Notes: generated by a model not told the origin, from the letters alone. A stretch of 64,000 nt of DNA from Nitrospirota bacterium (GCA_963737155.1 CAVTRN010000002.1:2784001-2848000), one strand, 5' to 3'. Positions 1 through 9,899 are shown, counted from the stretch's first letter. Numbers and translations are program-made.

Positions 1-296
1 CGGCTTTCAACCTCAAGAATCCGAACAAGGTGCGCGCACTTATAGGAGCATTTTCATCTAATACCGTCCGTTTTCATGCGCCCAACGGAGAGGGTTATAC
101 CTTTTTAGCGGATCAGGTCCTGACTATCGACAACCTGAACCCCCAGATTGCCGCGCGCCTCGTCGCGACTTTCACGATGTGGAAACGGTATGACGAGAAG
201 CGCAAGGTCTTGATGAAAGCGGAACTCGAGAGAATCCTCGCCGCTCCGAAACTTTCCAAGGACGTGCATGAAATAGTTTCGAAAAGCTTATCATGA
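1..296 (+). CDS. pepN: aminopeptidase N, C-terminal part (runs off the window start)
   Basis: NPNKVRALIGAF...GEGYTFLADQV...NPQIAARL...LSKDVHEIVSKSL is the typical PepN C-terminus. Confidence 0.9.
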   Translation, partial: AFNLKNPNKVRALIGAFSSNTVRFHAPNGEGYTFLADQVLTIDNLNPQIAARLVATFTMWKRYDEKRKVLMKAELERILAAPKLSKDVHEIVSKSLS

Positions 297-579
297 GCCG
301 CCAGTCCTCTTTGCTTCCCTGGACCCACGAACGCCATAAACGTAGGAAGAGCGGAATATGAAAATCTGTTTTCCAGTTCTAGGGGACGAGGAGATCGACA
401 ACACTGTGTTCAACGATTTTGGCTCAGCGCCTTTTTTGTAGTTTTTCGTCACGAGTACGAACAACGATAAGCAACCGGGACCGGATCCATTCCATGGAGC
501 GCGCAACCGTTCCTAAAACCATAGTATTTTATTTCTCATAACTATGACGGCAGCCGAACAGTGCTGCTGCCGGTTAACG

Positions 580-2268
580 TCAGGGATTCCCGCCCTGATT
601 CGCCCAAGTCCCGTTGTTTGCTGATCGGGATTGCTTCTGGCGCCTTTTCAGCAAGACTGCTGCTGGCAGGTGGCCCGGAGAATTGCGCTGTCGACGGGGT
701 GATGGCTTCTTCTGCAATTCAGCGCAGCCTGGGGAGTCCTGTAAGGACCGTCGTTGGTAGAGACTGTGATGATTTCCACAACCTCCCCGAGTCTTCATCT
801 TGCTCCAAAACTTCCAGATGTGCTCCTCTCGATTCCTTGCAGGTAGAGGGGAGGCGGTTCTGCCTGGTATGGGAGACTCGGAATATCCTTGAACTCTTCT
901 CGCGATAGCAAGCGCCGCTGCTTCATGCGGCGAGATGCCATGAATAGACATATAATTGTTTCTGCCGATAACGGATGTGTAAGCAGGATTCACGGAGAGC
1001 ACACCGACGCCTGCCTTAAATGCTCTGCGGTCAAGCATGTTTAAAAAGGTGGAATAGGCGAACCCGGACAGCATCCGCGCATACGTTACTCCCTGCTCCT
1101 TGAGAGATGCTTTCTTCTTTTCGAAGTCAAGAGTTTCATGAGCGACGGGTTTCCCTGTTTTAATTGACCGGTCGATAATGCCGACGCAGATATCACCGTA
1201 AGTTGCCTCGGTCTGTTCCGTGGTTCTGTCTTTTATACATGCAGCATACGTTGTGTGCCAGACAAAATTGCCGAACCGGTCAGTCTCGGAAACAGCAATC
1301 TCTTTTTCGTTTGCATCTACGCCAATACATCCGATTTCTTGCGGTTTCCCGGTAATTGTTTCTCTTTGGGGGATATCAACTGAAGAATACAGATACCAAC
1401 CCTTCTCGCCACGGACAAACCGGTGGGTGATTGCCTGGCTGCGCGGGAGTGCCTGCTCAATATATTCCTGCCCGTAAGGATATGTTACGGTAGGCACCAT
1501 GATGTGTTTACCGTATTTTTTGGCAAGATAGTTTGGGACCCGTATCCTGAGCGACCCGTCGATGCCAAGCGTGCAGGTCTGGTTGCCGGCCGTTTCATCC
1601 TTCGATCCCAGACAAAACGATGAAGAGCTTCGGGCAGCCTTCCAGGCAGACAGCCAGTTATTGTGGGATTTATAATCGTTTTCAGAAAGGCTGAACTGCT
1701 TGTGGAAAAGTTTCTTTGTCCCAAAGCAAATCCTGATTCGGCCTTTGCCCAAATCGTATTTTAGCTTTTCCAGTTTCTGCTCCGATGAATGGAGCTTCCG
1801 TTTTTTGTTGTGGACCGCAAAACGGAGAGAATCCACGCTGGTCGTTTTCTCATATTCGGACAATTCCGTGTCTTTGCGTATGTCAATGATACGGTTCTCT
1901 CTGGTTTTAATCCATTTTCTCGCAGATTTTATTTTGTGCTCGAGCTTTTCAATCCGTAGTTTTAATACCTCAACCGCGGAGCTGATATTGCCGTCAAGAT
2001 CGTAGCGGATAGCGTTAAACTGCCGGGCGGTGATACCATACCTGACAAGATACTCATTTTTGAATGAAATGGGTTTGTTGCCGGAACGAACGCTGTCTTT
2101 AAAGAGAGAGCGTTTGATGTGCCCGTATGAGTCGCCGATATCGTCAAGAACATGATAAAGAGACTTCTTTGTGTCCAGGTAAGACATGTCAATCAGCAAA
2201 GTTTGAGCGGTAAAAGAAAGTGCTTCACTTTTGCCGCTCTTGCCCATTTTATCCTTATTACTTGCCAT
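580..2268 (-). CDS. tnpB: TnpB-like RNA-guided endonuclease, large Zn-finger-less type, 562 aa
   Basis: RuvC-I IGVDAN, RuvC-II HETLDF, VNPAYTSVIG, RuvC-III region HEAAALAIARR; overlaps the tnpA stop. Confidence 0.88.
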   Translation of the reverse strand: MASNKDKMGKSGKSEALSFTAQTLLIDMSYLDTKKSLYHVLDDIGDSYGHIKRSLFKDSVRSGNKPISFKNEYLVRYGITARQFNAIRYDLDGNISSAVEVLKLRIEKLEHKIKSARKWIKTRENRIIDIRKDTELSEYEKTTSVDSLRFAVHNKKRKLHSSEQKLEKLKYDLGKGRIRICFGTKKLFHKQFSLSENDYKSHNNWLSAWKAARSSSSFCLGSKDETAGNQTCTLGIDGSLRIRVPNYLAKKYGKHIMVPTVTYPYGQEYIEQALPRSQAITHRFVRGEKGWYLYSSVDIPQRETITGKPQEIGCIGVDANEKEIAVSETDRFGNFVWHTTYAACIKDRTTEQTEATYGDICVGIIDRSIKTGKPVAHETLDFEKKKASLKEQGVTYARMLSGFAYSTFLNMLDRRAFKAGVGVLSVNPAYTSVIGRNNYMSIHGISPHEAAALAIARRVQGYSESPIPGRTASPLPARNREEHIWKFWSKMKTRGGCGNHHSLYQRRSLQDSPGCAELQKKPSPRRQRNSPGHLPAAVLLKRRQKQSRSANNGTWANQGGNP

Positions 2269-2824
2269 TTTCCATGGCCTCCAGAGCTTTTTTTGCTTTA
2301 TTGGCCGCTGACCGGCGTCCGTAGAGCCTTGCGCAAAACGATGTCAATACTTCAATCATGTCCTGCACCAGATCGTCCTTTAGCTCGGTCTGGTCTACAA
2401 TAATAAGTTGACGACCTTGAGCTCGAAGTGCCGATTCTACATACTCAGATCCAAACCGCATAAGCCGGTCACAATGCTCGATGACAATAATACTGACGTT
2501 GGAGTCGGCAAGCAGCTTCATGAGTTTTGGCCTGTGCCCATTAAGACCAGATCCAACCTCAGATACCGCTTTTGAAACTGACAACCCTTTGGAAGCGGCA
2601 TATACGGAAAGCCGCCCGAGCTGCCCGTCCAGGTCTTTCTTTTGGTCATGACTGGATACCCGGGCATAAAGAGCAACAGAACCTTGGGCAGTTTTCTGCT
2701 CTTTTATAATGATGGTTCCGGTAGGCATCTGCTCAGCCTCAACCGGCAGCTTGCCAGCCTTCCACCATTTCCATGCCGCTTGATAGGTTATACCTTGTTG
2801 CTTTGCCCATACGCTTAGCTTCAT
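2258..2824 (-). CDS. tnpA: IS607 transposase (N-terminal HTH + serine recombinase)
   Basis: MKLSVWAKQQGITYQAAWKW; YARVSSHDQKKDL; EVGSGLNGHRPKL; DRLMRFG; SFCARLYGRRS. Confidence 0.95.
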   Translation of the reverse strand: MKLSVWAKQQGITYQAAWKWWKAGKLPVEAEQMPTGTIIIKEQKTAQGSVALYARVSSHDQKKDLDGQLGRLSVYAASKGLSVSKAVSEVGSGLNGHRPKLMKLLADSNVSIIVIEHCDRLMRFGSEYVESALRAQGRQLIIVDQTELKDDLVQDMIEVLTSFCARLYGRRSAANKAKKALEAMENGK

Positions 2825-3233
2825 AAATACATTATATCATATAAAATTATATTATACAATATAAATATAAACAGTATTCTACCCTATGAAAGCATTCGAC
2901 AACCAGAAGGCTGACACCATCGTTGTAGAGAATTTGGCGCCGGAGCTCTCATCGGGCTCAACCAGATGGGCATTCGGGGTCATCGTTCCCGGGCAGCAAC
3001 AACCGGGAGAATATCACGATGATTGCCTCGCAAAGCATCCCCAGGTCGACACCCCGAGTCTGCTGTGGTGGACACTGCAAAGATGGTGGGTGTGCTCACT
3101 AACCTTTAGATGGCTGGCAGTATTGATGATCTCGCGAAAAAAACGGGTGAGTTACCCTTGTTGTCAGTAATGCTTGTAGAGCATCGTGCATTTCAGTATG
3201 ATTTCGTAATCACGTTTCACATAATAAGGAGAA

Positions 3234-3569
3234 ATGGACATGTCACTTCTAAATCAAGCTCGTGGGTACATTTATGTTTATGATATCCTTAGGCAACGGA
3301 AGGAAGACCCTTTCTGCCGGACTTGCAGCGCTTACAACAATACCATCACGGCGATACGTGAATCCCTCGCCAACTTCGAAAGCCAACTCGCCATTGACGA
3401 GAAGATACTGCCCGCTGAGTTCTCTCATCTTTTTTCCCAAGCCAGAGCCGGAATCGCTTCCCTGAAAATGCCGGAAAATCCGACAGGCCAGAAAAAAGCG
3501 GGCAACTGCAAACTGCCGGAAGGCGTTTGTTTCGTCAAATTGTCCTATATGATTTTTCAAAAACTCTGA
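3234..3569 (+). CDS. hypothetical Cys-containing protein (possible metal binder)
   Basis: Strong RBS AAGGAG; FCRTCSAY and GNCKLPEGVC motifs. Confidence 0.65.
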   Translation: MDMSLLNQARGYIYVYDILRQRKEDPFCRTCSAYNNTITAIRESLANFESQLAIDEKILPAEFSHLFSQARAGIASLKMPENPTGQKKAGNCKLPEGVCFVKLSYMIFQKL

Positions 3570-3611
3570 CTCGTTTTTTATACAAGCCCCAAACTTGAGC
3601 CGACCAACAGG

Positions 3612-3950
3612 ATGGATACAGGATCAGATTTACCGCCATTTTAGAAATGCCTGACAACTTCATGCCGACGTATACAAAACCTTTTCAAGGCCCAAAAGAC
3701 TGATGATCCTCAAAATTCTGAAGGCAGGCAAACTGTCGCCCTTCGACTTCATGAAAGAACCTGGCATGAAGGAAAACACGTCGCGGCGTCTGGCACTGAC
3801 GCGCCTTATTGGCATCCAGAGAACCCAGGGAGATGGCACCAAGATACATATATTACCGAATGGAGATTGATAATTTCTTCCCTGCCTGCGGACCAAAGAT
3901 TCCCGAATTAGCATCTCGTTCTATGAAAGTTTGCTGATTCTGTTGGCAGC
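3612..3950 (+). pseudogene. ArsR/SmtB transcriptional regulator relic (boundaries approximate)
   Basis: Reading QLHADVYKTFSRPKRLMILKILKAGKLS...GIQRTQGDGTKI / YYRM resembles an ArsR wHTH; frameshifted. Confidence 0.6.
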
Positions 3951-4737
3951 AGCAGGATGTTTTTTTTCGCGTTTAAGGTAGACGTCTTCCGGGATACTGA
4001 ATCGCACTTTGGAAAAGCGACGGTTGCCCTAGATAGCATTTTGCCTGAGTGTCGCGAAAGGTCGGATTTCTATCTGAAACCAAACGGTCTGGCTTTTATA
4101 GCTTTTTTATTTACGGAGAGCAAGCCAAGATTTATATGACTGCCAAAGCAATCCAGTGCTGCCTGAGCTCTTCGTGAGTGCAACCGAAACGACCACAGGA
4201 GCATTATTGCTTAAAAGCGACATCAAGGTCGAGTCGGTGGGTATCTTGCCGGCGGTTCTTCAATTTTCTTTAGTGTACCCCATGGTTGCATACCAGCGCT
4301 TTGTTGCAGAAAATGCAAGCAAACTAACTAAAGCGCTCAAAGAGGGGAATCGAAAATCCTCTTTTTTTGCGGCAGCGGCGCAGCTATGGAACACCGATAA
4401 GATAAAGACAACGGACTCACTCCTTTCCAGGGACATCGACCCCACCTTCTTGCTTGATCAACGAATTGAAGCCAAGTATCCACAAAAGGACTACCATCGG
4501 ATGGAAGTGGGGAAAATTAATAAATGCCTGTTTCACAAATTTTGGAACAACAGCCGGCCGCCGATGCTGTCCGGAGTCCGGCATCAACGCGCGAACCCTG
4601 TCCCACGAACAACATCAAGGCTCCATCCTACTTTTGTCTTTTTTAGGGGAATCGCCAAAATTTTAAAAAGTGAAAAGACGATAGTCGTCCCCTTTCTTGG
4701 CTCCTAAAAAATATTGCAACTGGATAAATTTAGTGCC

Positions 4738-4765
4738 TTGACACTGCGATATTCTTTGATACAAT
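4738..4765 (+). promoter_or_regulatory. sigma70-type promoter for the cytochrome operon (probably leaderless)
   Basis: TTGACA-16 nt-TACAAT with TG extended -10; ATG starts 7 nt downstream; no SD. Confidence 0.6.
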
Positions 4766-4771
4766 GTAGGC

Positions 4772-5755
4772 ATGCGAGAACCTTCTATCAAATCCCTCAT
4801 TCTGCTTTCACTTCTCATGGTATTCTTATCCCCTACAGTTGTTGTGTCGATGGAAAACTGTTATGACTGCCACGGGACAAAAGGCATGAAGGATTATATA
4901 GACCGTACTCTTTTTGAGCAATCCGTACATATGTTCCTGACCTGCGATAAGTGCCATATAGATGTGACCACAATTCCTCATGGTAAAGTTGCCAAGGTTC
5001 ATTGTGGCATCTGCCATTTCCTCGGGAGGGAGGGTGCTCCGAAGGAACAGGCCTCGGAATACAAGCTGAGCGTCCACGGCCGTGCGACTGCGGCGGGAAA
5101 TATGGCGGCGCCGACCTGCCAAACCTGTCATGGTTCTCATTATATCTATCCTTCTGCTGATGCGAGATCAGAGACAAACAGGTGGAAGATACCTTCACTC
5201 TGTTCCCAGTGTCATCTTCAGGAGTTCGAGGTTTATAAGGGAAGTATTCACGGAAAGGAGCTTCTGGACGATCATAAAACGGCCGCACCCACCTGCTTTG
5301 ATTGCCACCAAGAGCATATGACGCCGCCTACCGCGAGCAACCAGTGGCAGCTGTCGCTGATCAAAGAATGCGGGATGTGCCATTCCGCGGAAATGCAAAC
5401 CTACCGGGAAACTATTCACGGCAAGATTACCGAACTTGGCTATGCAACGGTGGCAAAGTGCTCGGACTGCCACGGATCACACAATATTCAGCCGCCCGAC
5501 AATCCTCAGTCGACCGTCTCGCAGCAGAACATCCTAAGTACTTGCAGAAAGTGTCATCCAGACGCCACGGTCGGTTTCACGAAATACTATGCCCATGGAG
5601 AGAAAAGTAACAAAGCAAAATACCCCCTACTCTACTATACGTATCTCTTCATGACGATACTCCTTATCGGCGTGTTCGCATTCTTCTTCACTCACACGTT
5701 CCTCTGGGCTTACCGCTCGATGAAAGAACGACTACATAAAAAGGGAGGCGAGTAA
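4772..5755 (+). CDS. nonaheme c-type cytochrome with signal peptide and C-terminal TM helix (CbcL-like c domain)
   Basis: 9 CxxCH: CYDCH, CDKCH, CGICH, CQTCH, CSQCH, CFDCH, CGMCH, CSDCH, CRKCH. Confidence 0.92.
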   Translation: MREPSIKSLILLSLLMVFLSPTVVVSMENCYDCHGTKGMKDYIDRTLFEQSVHMFLTCDKCHIDVTTIPHGKVAKVHCGICHFLGREGAPKEQASEYKLSVHGRATAAGNMAAPTCQTCHGSHYIYPSADARSETNRWKIPSLCSQCHLQEFEVYKGSIHGKELLDDHKTAAPTCFDCHQEHMTPPTASNQWQLSLIKECGMCHSAEMQTYRETIHGKITELGYATVAKCSDCHGSHNIQPPDNPQSTVSQQNILSTCRKCHPDATVGFTKYYAHGEKSNKAKYPLLYYTYLFMTILLIGVFAFFFTHTFLWAYRSMKERLHKKGGE

Positions 5756-5756
5756 C

Positions 5757-6572
5757 ATGGTATTGATAAAAAGGTTAAACGCCTACCATCGAATCCTCCA
5801 CATTACCATGGCTGTGAGTTTTATCGGGCTCGTTGCCTCCGGAATGCCACTCAAGTACGCCGGAGCTCCCTGGGCAGCATGGCTTATGAAACTGCTTGGC
5901 GGATACCATGCAGCCGGTGTCATCCACCGGACATGCGCCGTCATCACTTTCGGATATTTTGCGGCCCATATCGGTTACGTGCTGTATTACATCGCAATCG
6001 TCAGAAAATTCAGGTTTAACGTCCTCGGGCCGGAATCCATGGTTCCATGGATCAAGGATCTCACGGATATTTACGCCAGTTTCCGATGGTTTCTCGGTTT
6101 CGGCCCCCGGCCCCAATTTGACAGGTGGGCCTATTGGGAAAAATTCGATTACTGGGCCGTGTTCTGGGGCGTCGGCATGATTGGCGTTTCGGGCCTTTTT
6201 CTTTGGTTCCCCGAGTTTTTCGGCCGCTTTGTCCCGGGGTGGGCATTCAATATAGCAACGGTCATCCACAGCGATGAAGCACTCCTTGCAGCCGGTTTCA
6301 TTTTCACAATTCATTATTTCAATACCCATCTGCGGCCAGAGAAGTTCCCCATGGATCCAGTTATCTTTACCGGAACGCTCTCGCTCCAGGAATTACAGCA
6401 TGAGCGGCCCCTCGAATACCAACGTCTTACCGAGGCACACCGAATCGAACAGACTACGACCACGCCCCAAGCATCGTGGTTGACCAATACCGGCATCATC
6501 TTCGGCTTCCTTTTGGTGCTGAGCGGTTTTTTACTGCTCATCCTGATTATTATGGGTCAGTTCATCTACTGA
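5757..6572 (+). CDS. cytochrome b (FdnI/HydC-like), CbcL-like membrane domain
   Basis: HRILH...SGMPLKY; IHRTCAV; YWEKFDYWAVFWG; IHSDEALLA..FIFTIHYFNTHLRPEKFPMD. Confidence 0.9.
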   Translation: MVLIKRLNAYHRILHITMAVSFIGLVASGMPLKYAGAPWAAWLMKLLGGYHAAGVIHRTCAVITFGYFAAHIGYVLYYIAIVRKFRFNVLGPESMVPWIKDLTDIYASFRWFLGFGPRPQFDRWAYWEKFDYWAVFWGVGMIGVSGLFLWFPEFFGRFVPGWAFNIATVIHSDEALLAAGFIFTIHYFNTHLRPEKFPMDPVIFTGTLSLQELQHERPLEYQRLTEAHRIEQTTTTPQASWLTNTGIIFGFLLVLSGFLLLILIIMGQFIY

Positions 6573-6573
6573 T

Positions 6574-7281
6574 ATGTCATTAGCCCAACGGGATCTATTC
6601 ATAAAACATATATTCACGACCGTTGCCCCCTACGTCGATCTACTCAGCAGTGGCTTCAGCTTCGGGTTTGACCACTACTGGCGCAGACAGGCCATTCTGC
6701 TGTCTGGGATCGCTGAAGGAGACCGGGTGCTCGATGTCTGCACGGGTACCGGCGAACTGGCCATCCCCCTCGCCAAAAAAGTCGGGGACAAGGGGTCGGT
6801 AACTGGCGCCGATTTCTGTGAGGAAATGCTCATGCATGCCCGCAGAAAAACCGGCGCACGGTATAAAAATCTGTCCTTTCTCCTGTCCGATGCCAAAAGG
6901 CTCCCCTTCCGTGACAATACATTCGATGCCGTCACTGTTGCTTTCGGTATGCGAAACATCCCCGACACCTCACTGGCACTGCAGGAAATCAAGCGCGTGT
7001 TGAAACCGGGTGGGAAATTCATGTGCCTCGAACTCACTCGGCCCAAGGGAAACTGGTTCCGCACTGTTTATGAATGGTACGTCTTCCGGATCATGCCCCT
7101 GATCGGGAAAATGGTCGTCAAGACCTCCGCACCCTATCTCTACCTCCCCCGCTCCATTAATGCCTTTTATCCACCTACCGAGTTCCGATACATCATCGCC
7201 GAATCTGGGTACAAGAATGTAACTGTGGATTCCCTCACCATGGGAATCGCCACCATTTACCGGGCGGTAAAAAATGGATAA
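6574..7281 (+). CDS. ubiE: UbiE/MenG-family quinone C-methyltransferase
   Basis: LSFGFDHYWR-like, VLDVCTGTGE, LPFRDNTFDAVTVAFGMRN, Y.YLPRSI. Confidence 0.85.
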   Translation: MSLAQRDLFIKHIFTTVAPYVDLLSSGFSFGFDHYWRRQAILLSGIAEGDRVLDVCTGTGELAIPLAKKVGDKGSVTGADFCEEMLMHARRKTGARYKNLSFLLSDAKRLPFRDNTFDAVTVAFGMRNIPDTSLALQEIKRVLKPGGKFMCLELTRPKGNWFRTVYEWYVFRIMPLIGKMVVKTSAPYLYLPRSINAFYPPTEFRYIIAESGYKNVTVDSLTMGIATIYRAVKNG

Positions 7282-7921
7282 GGTAGCCATCCTATGCGAT
7301 AGGGACAGGATTCTGATGGAGCACTTTTCCCACCAAAGCCTGGACCGCATGAGCAACCACACAACGCTGCTCGGTTCACTCCCTTTTTTTTCGACCTATC
7401 AGAACGCGAACGTGAAAAAAGAAGTGGACAAAGACCGGCTCATCATCATGGAGGTGGCTGAGGCCTTTGAATCGGGAAAACCCGTGTGCGATATCGATCT
7501 TGAAGAAATTTTCGAGAATACGAAGGAAGTGGACAGGGGGTTTTTGAATAAACTCACGATCGCCCCATTTACCCTCTCGGTTCGTTATAGTGATTTTGCC
7601 GACATCCGCATTCAGCGCATTTGGCTCATTGCAAAAGCCGTTTACGCGCTGCTCGCGCACTGGCCGGAAGGTGCGTCATTCATAAATGCCGTAAGATATG
7701 CCTATTCGGAGAAAAAATTCAAGGATATCCTTGATGAAATCCTGCACCTGTACAACGAGGAAACGAGGATGCTGAGTAAATCCATACGGCACCTCGGGCC
7801 CTTCAGGCCGGCGGTGAGCGCCTATACCGATGCACTTTACCAAGCCATGGAAGAAGTGAAAGAAGAAATCACCGTGTCCGCCGTACGACGCATTTTTGGA
7901 GATAAAACAGTCTATGCCTAA
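7274..7921 (+). CDS. hypothetical protein, translationally coupled within the operon
   Basis: 215-aa ORF overlapping both neighbours. Confidence 0.7.
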   Translation: MDKVAILCDRDRILMEHFSHQSLDRMSNHTTLLGSLPFFSTYQNANVKKEVDKDRLIIMEVAEAFESGKPVCDIDLEEIFENTKEVDRGFLNKLTIAPFTLSVRYSDFADIRIQRIWLIAKAVYALLAHWPEGASFINAVRYAYSEKKFKDILDEILHLYNEETRMLSKSIRHLGPFRPAVSAYTDALYQAMEEVKEEITVSAVRRIFGDKTVYA

Positions 7922-9668
7922 ACCCGACCTGATGTTGCTCCATGCGCCGAGCGTCTTCAAATTCCGCGAGTTGCCGCTCTTCTTCGGCCCCGTGAGCGAT
8001 GTGGTTCCCTCTTCATCGATCTTCGAGATCTACCCGATTGGGTTCCTTACTATATCAGACTATCTAACTCGACACGGGATCTCCGTGAGGATCATGAACC
8101 TGGCGCTCAGAATGCTGCGCTCCCGATCATTTGATCCTGAGCGCTGCGTCAAGAACATGAATGCAACCGCCTTCGGCATCGACCTGCACTGGCTGCCCCA
8201 TGTCGACGGCAGTCTGAGTCTTGCCGAGCTTGTGAAAAAACATCATCCCGACAAACCAGTCATCCTCGGTGGCCTCAGCGCTACCTATTATCACGAAGAG
8301 ATCATGCGGGACTATCCCTTTGTAAATTTCGTCCTGTGTGGGGAATCGACAGAGGAACCGCTGCGAATGCTAATGGAGGCGATACGCGCGGGATCGGGTT
8401 ACGAGAACGTCCCGAACCTCGTCTGGAGAGACGAGAGTGGCCGCATGGTGAAGAACGAGTGGTCGTTCAAGCCAGAAAACCTCGACTATGTCGACTTTGA
8501 CTACTCACATCTTCTGAAGATGGCGATCAAGTACCGCGATCCGTCGGGGTATATCCCCTTCAAGTACTGGCTCAGCTACCCCGTAACGGCGGTTTTCTCC
8601 GTTCGTGGCTGCAACCACAACTGCGGAACCTGCGGCGGTTCAATATCCGCGTTCCGCACGGTCAGCGGGAGGTCACACGCCTGTTTTCGGTCTCCCGAGC
8701 GCGTGGCCAATGATATCCGGCGGATTGCCGATTATACCGGCGCTCCCGTCCTCGTTCTCGGCGATCTGCTCCAAGCCGGCCGCGCGTACAGCGATCGCTT
8801 TCTAGCTGCCGTCAAAAAATACCGCATAAAGAACGAAATCTGCGTCGAGTTCTTCAGCCCGCCTCCCGTCGAATTTCTGGAAAAAGTGGCCGGCTCCATT
8901 GAAACCTTCAACGTCGAAATCTCGCCGGAATCACATGACCTCAATATCCGGAAGATCTTCGGGAAAAACTATGACAATGCAGCGCTCGAAGATATGATTC
9001 GCACACTCCTTCGCGTAGGCTGCAGGCGGATCGACCTCTTCTTCATGGTCGGCCTACCGAACCAGACCTACCAATCCGTCATGGATACCGTCGCTTACTG
9101 TGGAGAGCTATTGGAAAAATACGGCAGCAACGGCAGGGTTCTCCCCTTGATCGCGCCGCTCGCTCCGTTCATCGATCCCGGCAGCGTTATCTTCGAGGAT
9201 CCCGGGAAATACGGCTACCGGTTTTTTTATAAGACACTCAAGGAACATAGGCAGGCCATGCTCAAACCGAGCTGGAAATTCGCGCTGAACTACGAAACTC
9301 AGTGGATGACGCGGGATGATATTGTTAGAGCCACATATGACGGAGCCCTGAAACTCCTCGCCATCAAGGAGCAGCACGGCGTAATCGGGCAGCATAACGC
9401 TCTGAAGATCCGGGACCATCTGGAACGTGCGGTCAAACTGAGCGAGAAGATTAGCAATCCGGAATATGTGGACGAGGCACTCAGGAAAGAAATTTTCAAA
9501 CTCAACACCCTAGACATCGTCTGCGGCAAGCATGAACTCGATTGGCCCATCAAGGGTTGGAAGCTGAACGTGCCAAATACCATGAAGCTCCTGGCCTCCG
9601 AAATCCACCGGGACATGAGGTCTCGAATTCCCTTTTTCCCCTTCCTGCCCGGCAAGCCAGATGTCTGA
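7914..9668 (+). CDS. B12-binding domain/radical SAM protein (resembles TIGR04190 family)
   Basis: LLHAPSV..FGPVSDVVPSS..FEIYPIGF; FGIDLHWLPH; CxxxCxxC (RGCNHNCGTC); PLAPFIDPGS. Confidence 0.85.
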   Translation: MPKPDLMLLHAPSVFKFRELPLFFGPVSDVVPSSSIFEIYPIGFLTISDYLTRHGISVRIMNLALRMLRSRSFDPERCVKNMNATAFGIDLHWLPHVDGSLSLAELVKKHHPDKPVILGGLSATYYHEEIMRDYPFVNFVLCGESTEEPLRMLMEAIRAGSGYENVPNLVWRDESGRMVKNEWSFKPENLDYVDFDYSHLLKMAIKYRDPSGYIPFKYWLSYPVTAVFSVRGCNHNCGTCGGSISAFRTVSGRSHACFRSPERVANDIRRIADYTGAPVLVLGDLLQAGRAYSDRFLAAVKKYRIKNEICVEFFSPPPVEFLEKVAGSIETFNVEISPESHDLNIRKIFGKNYDNAALEDMIRTLLRVGCRRIDLFFMVGLPNQTYQSVMDTVAYCGELLEKYGSNGRVLPLIAPLAPFIDPGSVIFEDPGKYGYRFFYKTLKEHRQAMLKPSWKFALNYETQWMTRDDIVRATYDGALKLLAIKEQHGVIGQHNALKIRDHLERAVKLSEKISNPEYVDEALRKEIFKLNTLDIVCGKHELDWPIKGWKLNVPNTMKLLASEIHRDMRSRIPFFPFLPGKPDV

Positions 9669-9678
9669 TAAAGCCGAC

Positions 9679-9717
9679 AAAAAAGGGTGAACCTGCCCTA
9701 GCTGGTTCATCCTTTTT
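9679..9717 (+). terminator. intrinsic terminator, probably bidirectional
   Basis: AAAAAAGGGTGAACC...GGTTCATCCTTTTT hairpin directly after the rSAM stop. Confidence 0.7.
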
Positions 9718-9899
9718 CCCGTCCGTTCGCCTCGCGAAAACAACAACGGGCTAAGCGTTATAGATTTGCATAAATGGTTTTGAATATGCGCCGTTATTGC
9801 CTTATCGGTGACTGACAGCCGGTATGTTACCGTCCTCTATAGTTACATCCCGTTTAATTCGCTCATGTCTAAGACCTTTTATTATTCCCGCTTTTTTCT

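Larger units (their letters stand above)
509..2883 (-). mobile_element. IS607-family insertion sequence (tnpA+tnpB), complete
   Basis: Serine recombinase plus TnpB. CC (GG on minus strand) core at 507-508 and 2882-2883, no TSD, AT-rich short repeats at 2825-2880. Confidence 0.88.
358..3102 (+). pseudogene. NifB/NifX-family (FeMo-co/Fe-S binding) small protein, with nonsense and frameshift mutations, split by IS607 (fragments 358-508 and 2884-3102)
   Basis: MKICFPV...VFNDFGSAPF* before the IS; after the IS NPMKAFDNQKADTIVV / GAGALIGLNQMGI / CCGGHCKDGGCAH*. Removing the IS restores AAC-CCT-ATG (N-P-M). Confidence 0.75.

Noticed and set aside
2825-2883. IStron (group I intron) in the IS607
   Set aside because: Only about 60 nt between the left end and the tnpA start, leaving no room for an intron core
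3990-4707. 183-aa ORF 4156-4707, possibly an IS1182-like C-terminal relic
   Set aside because: Only faint motif resemblance across frames; no catalytic motif or IS end that I can support
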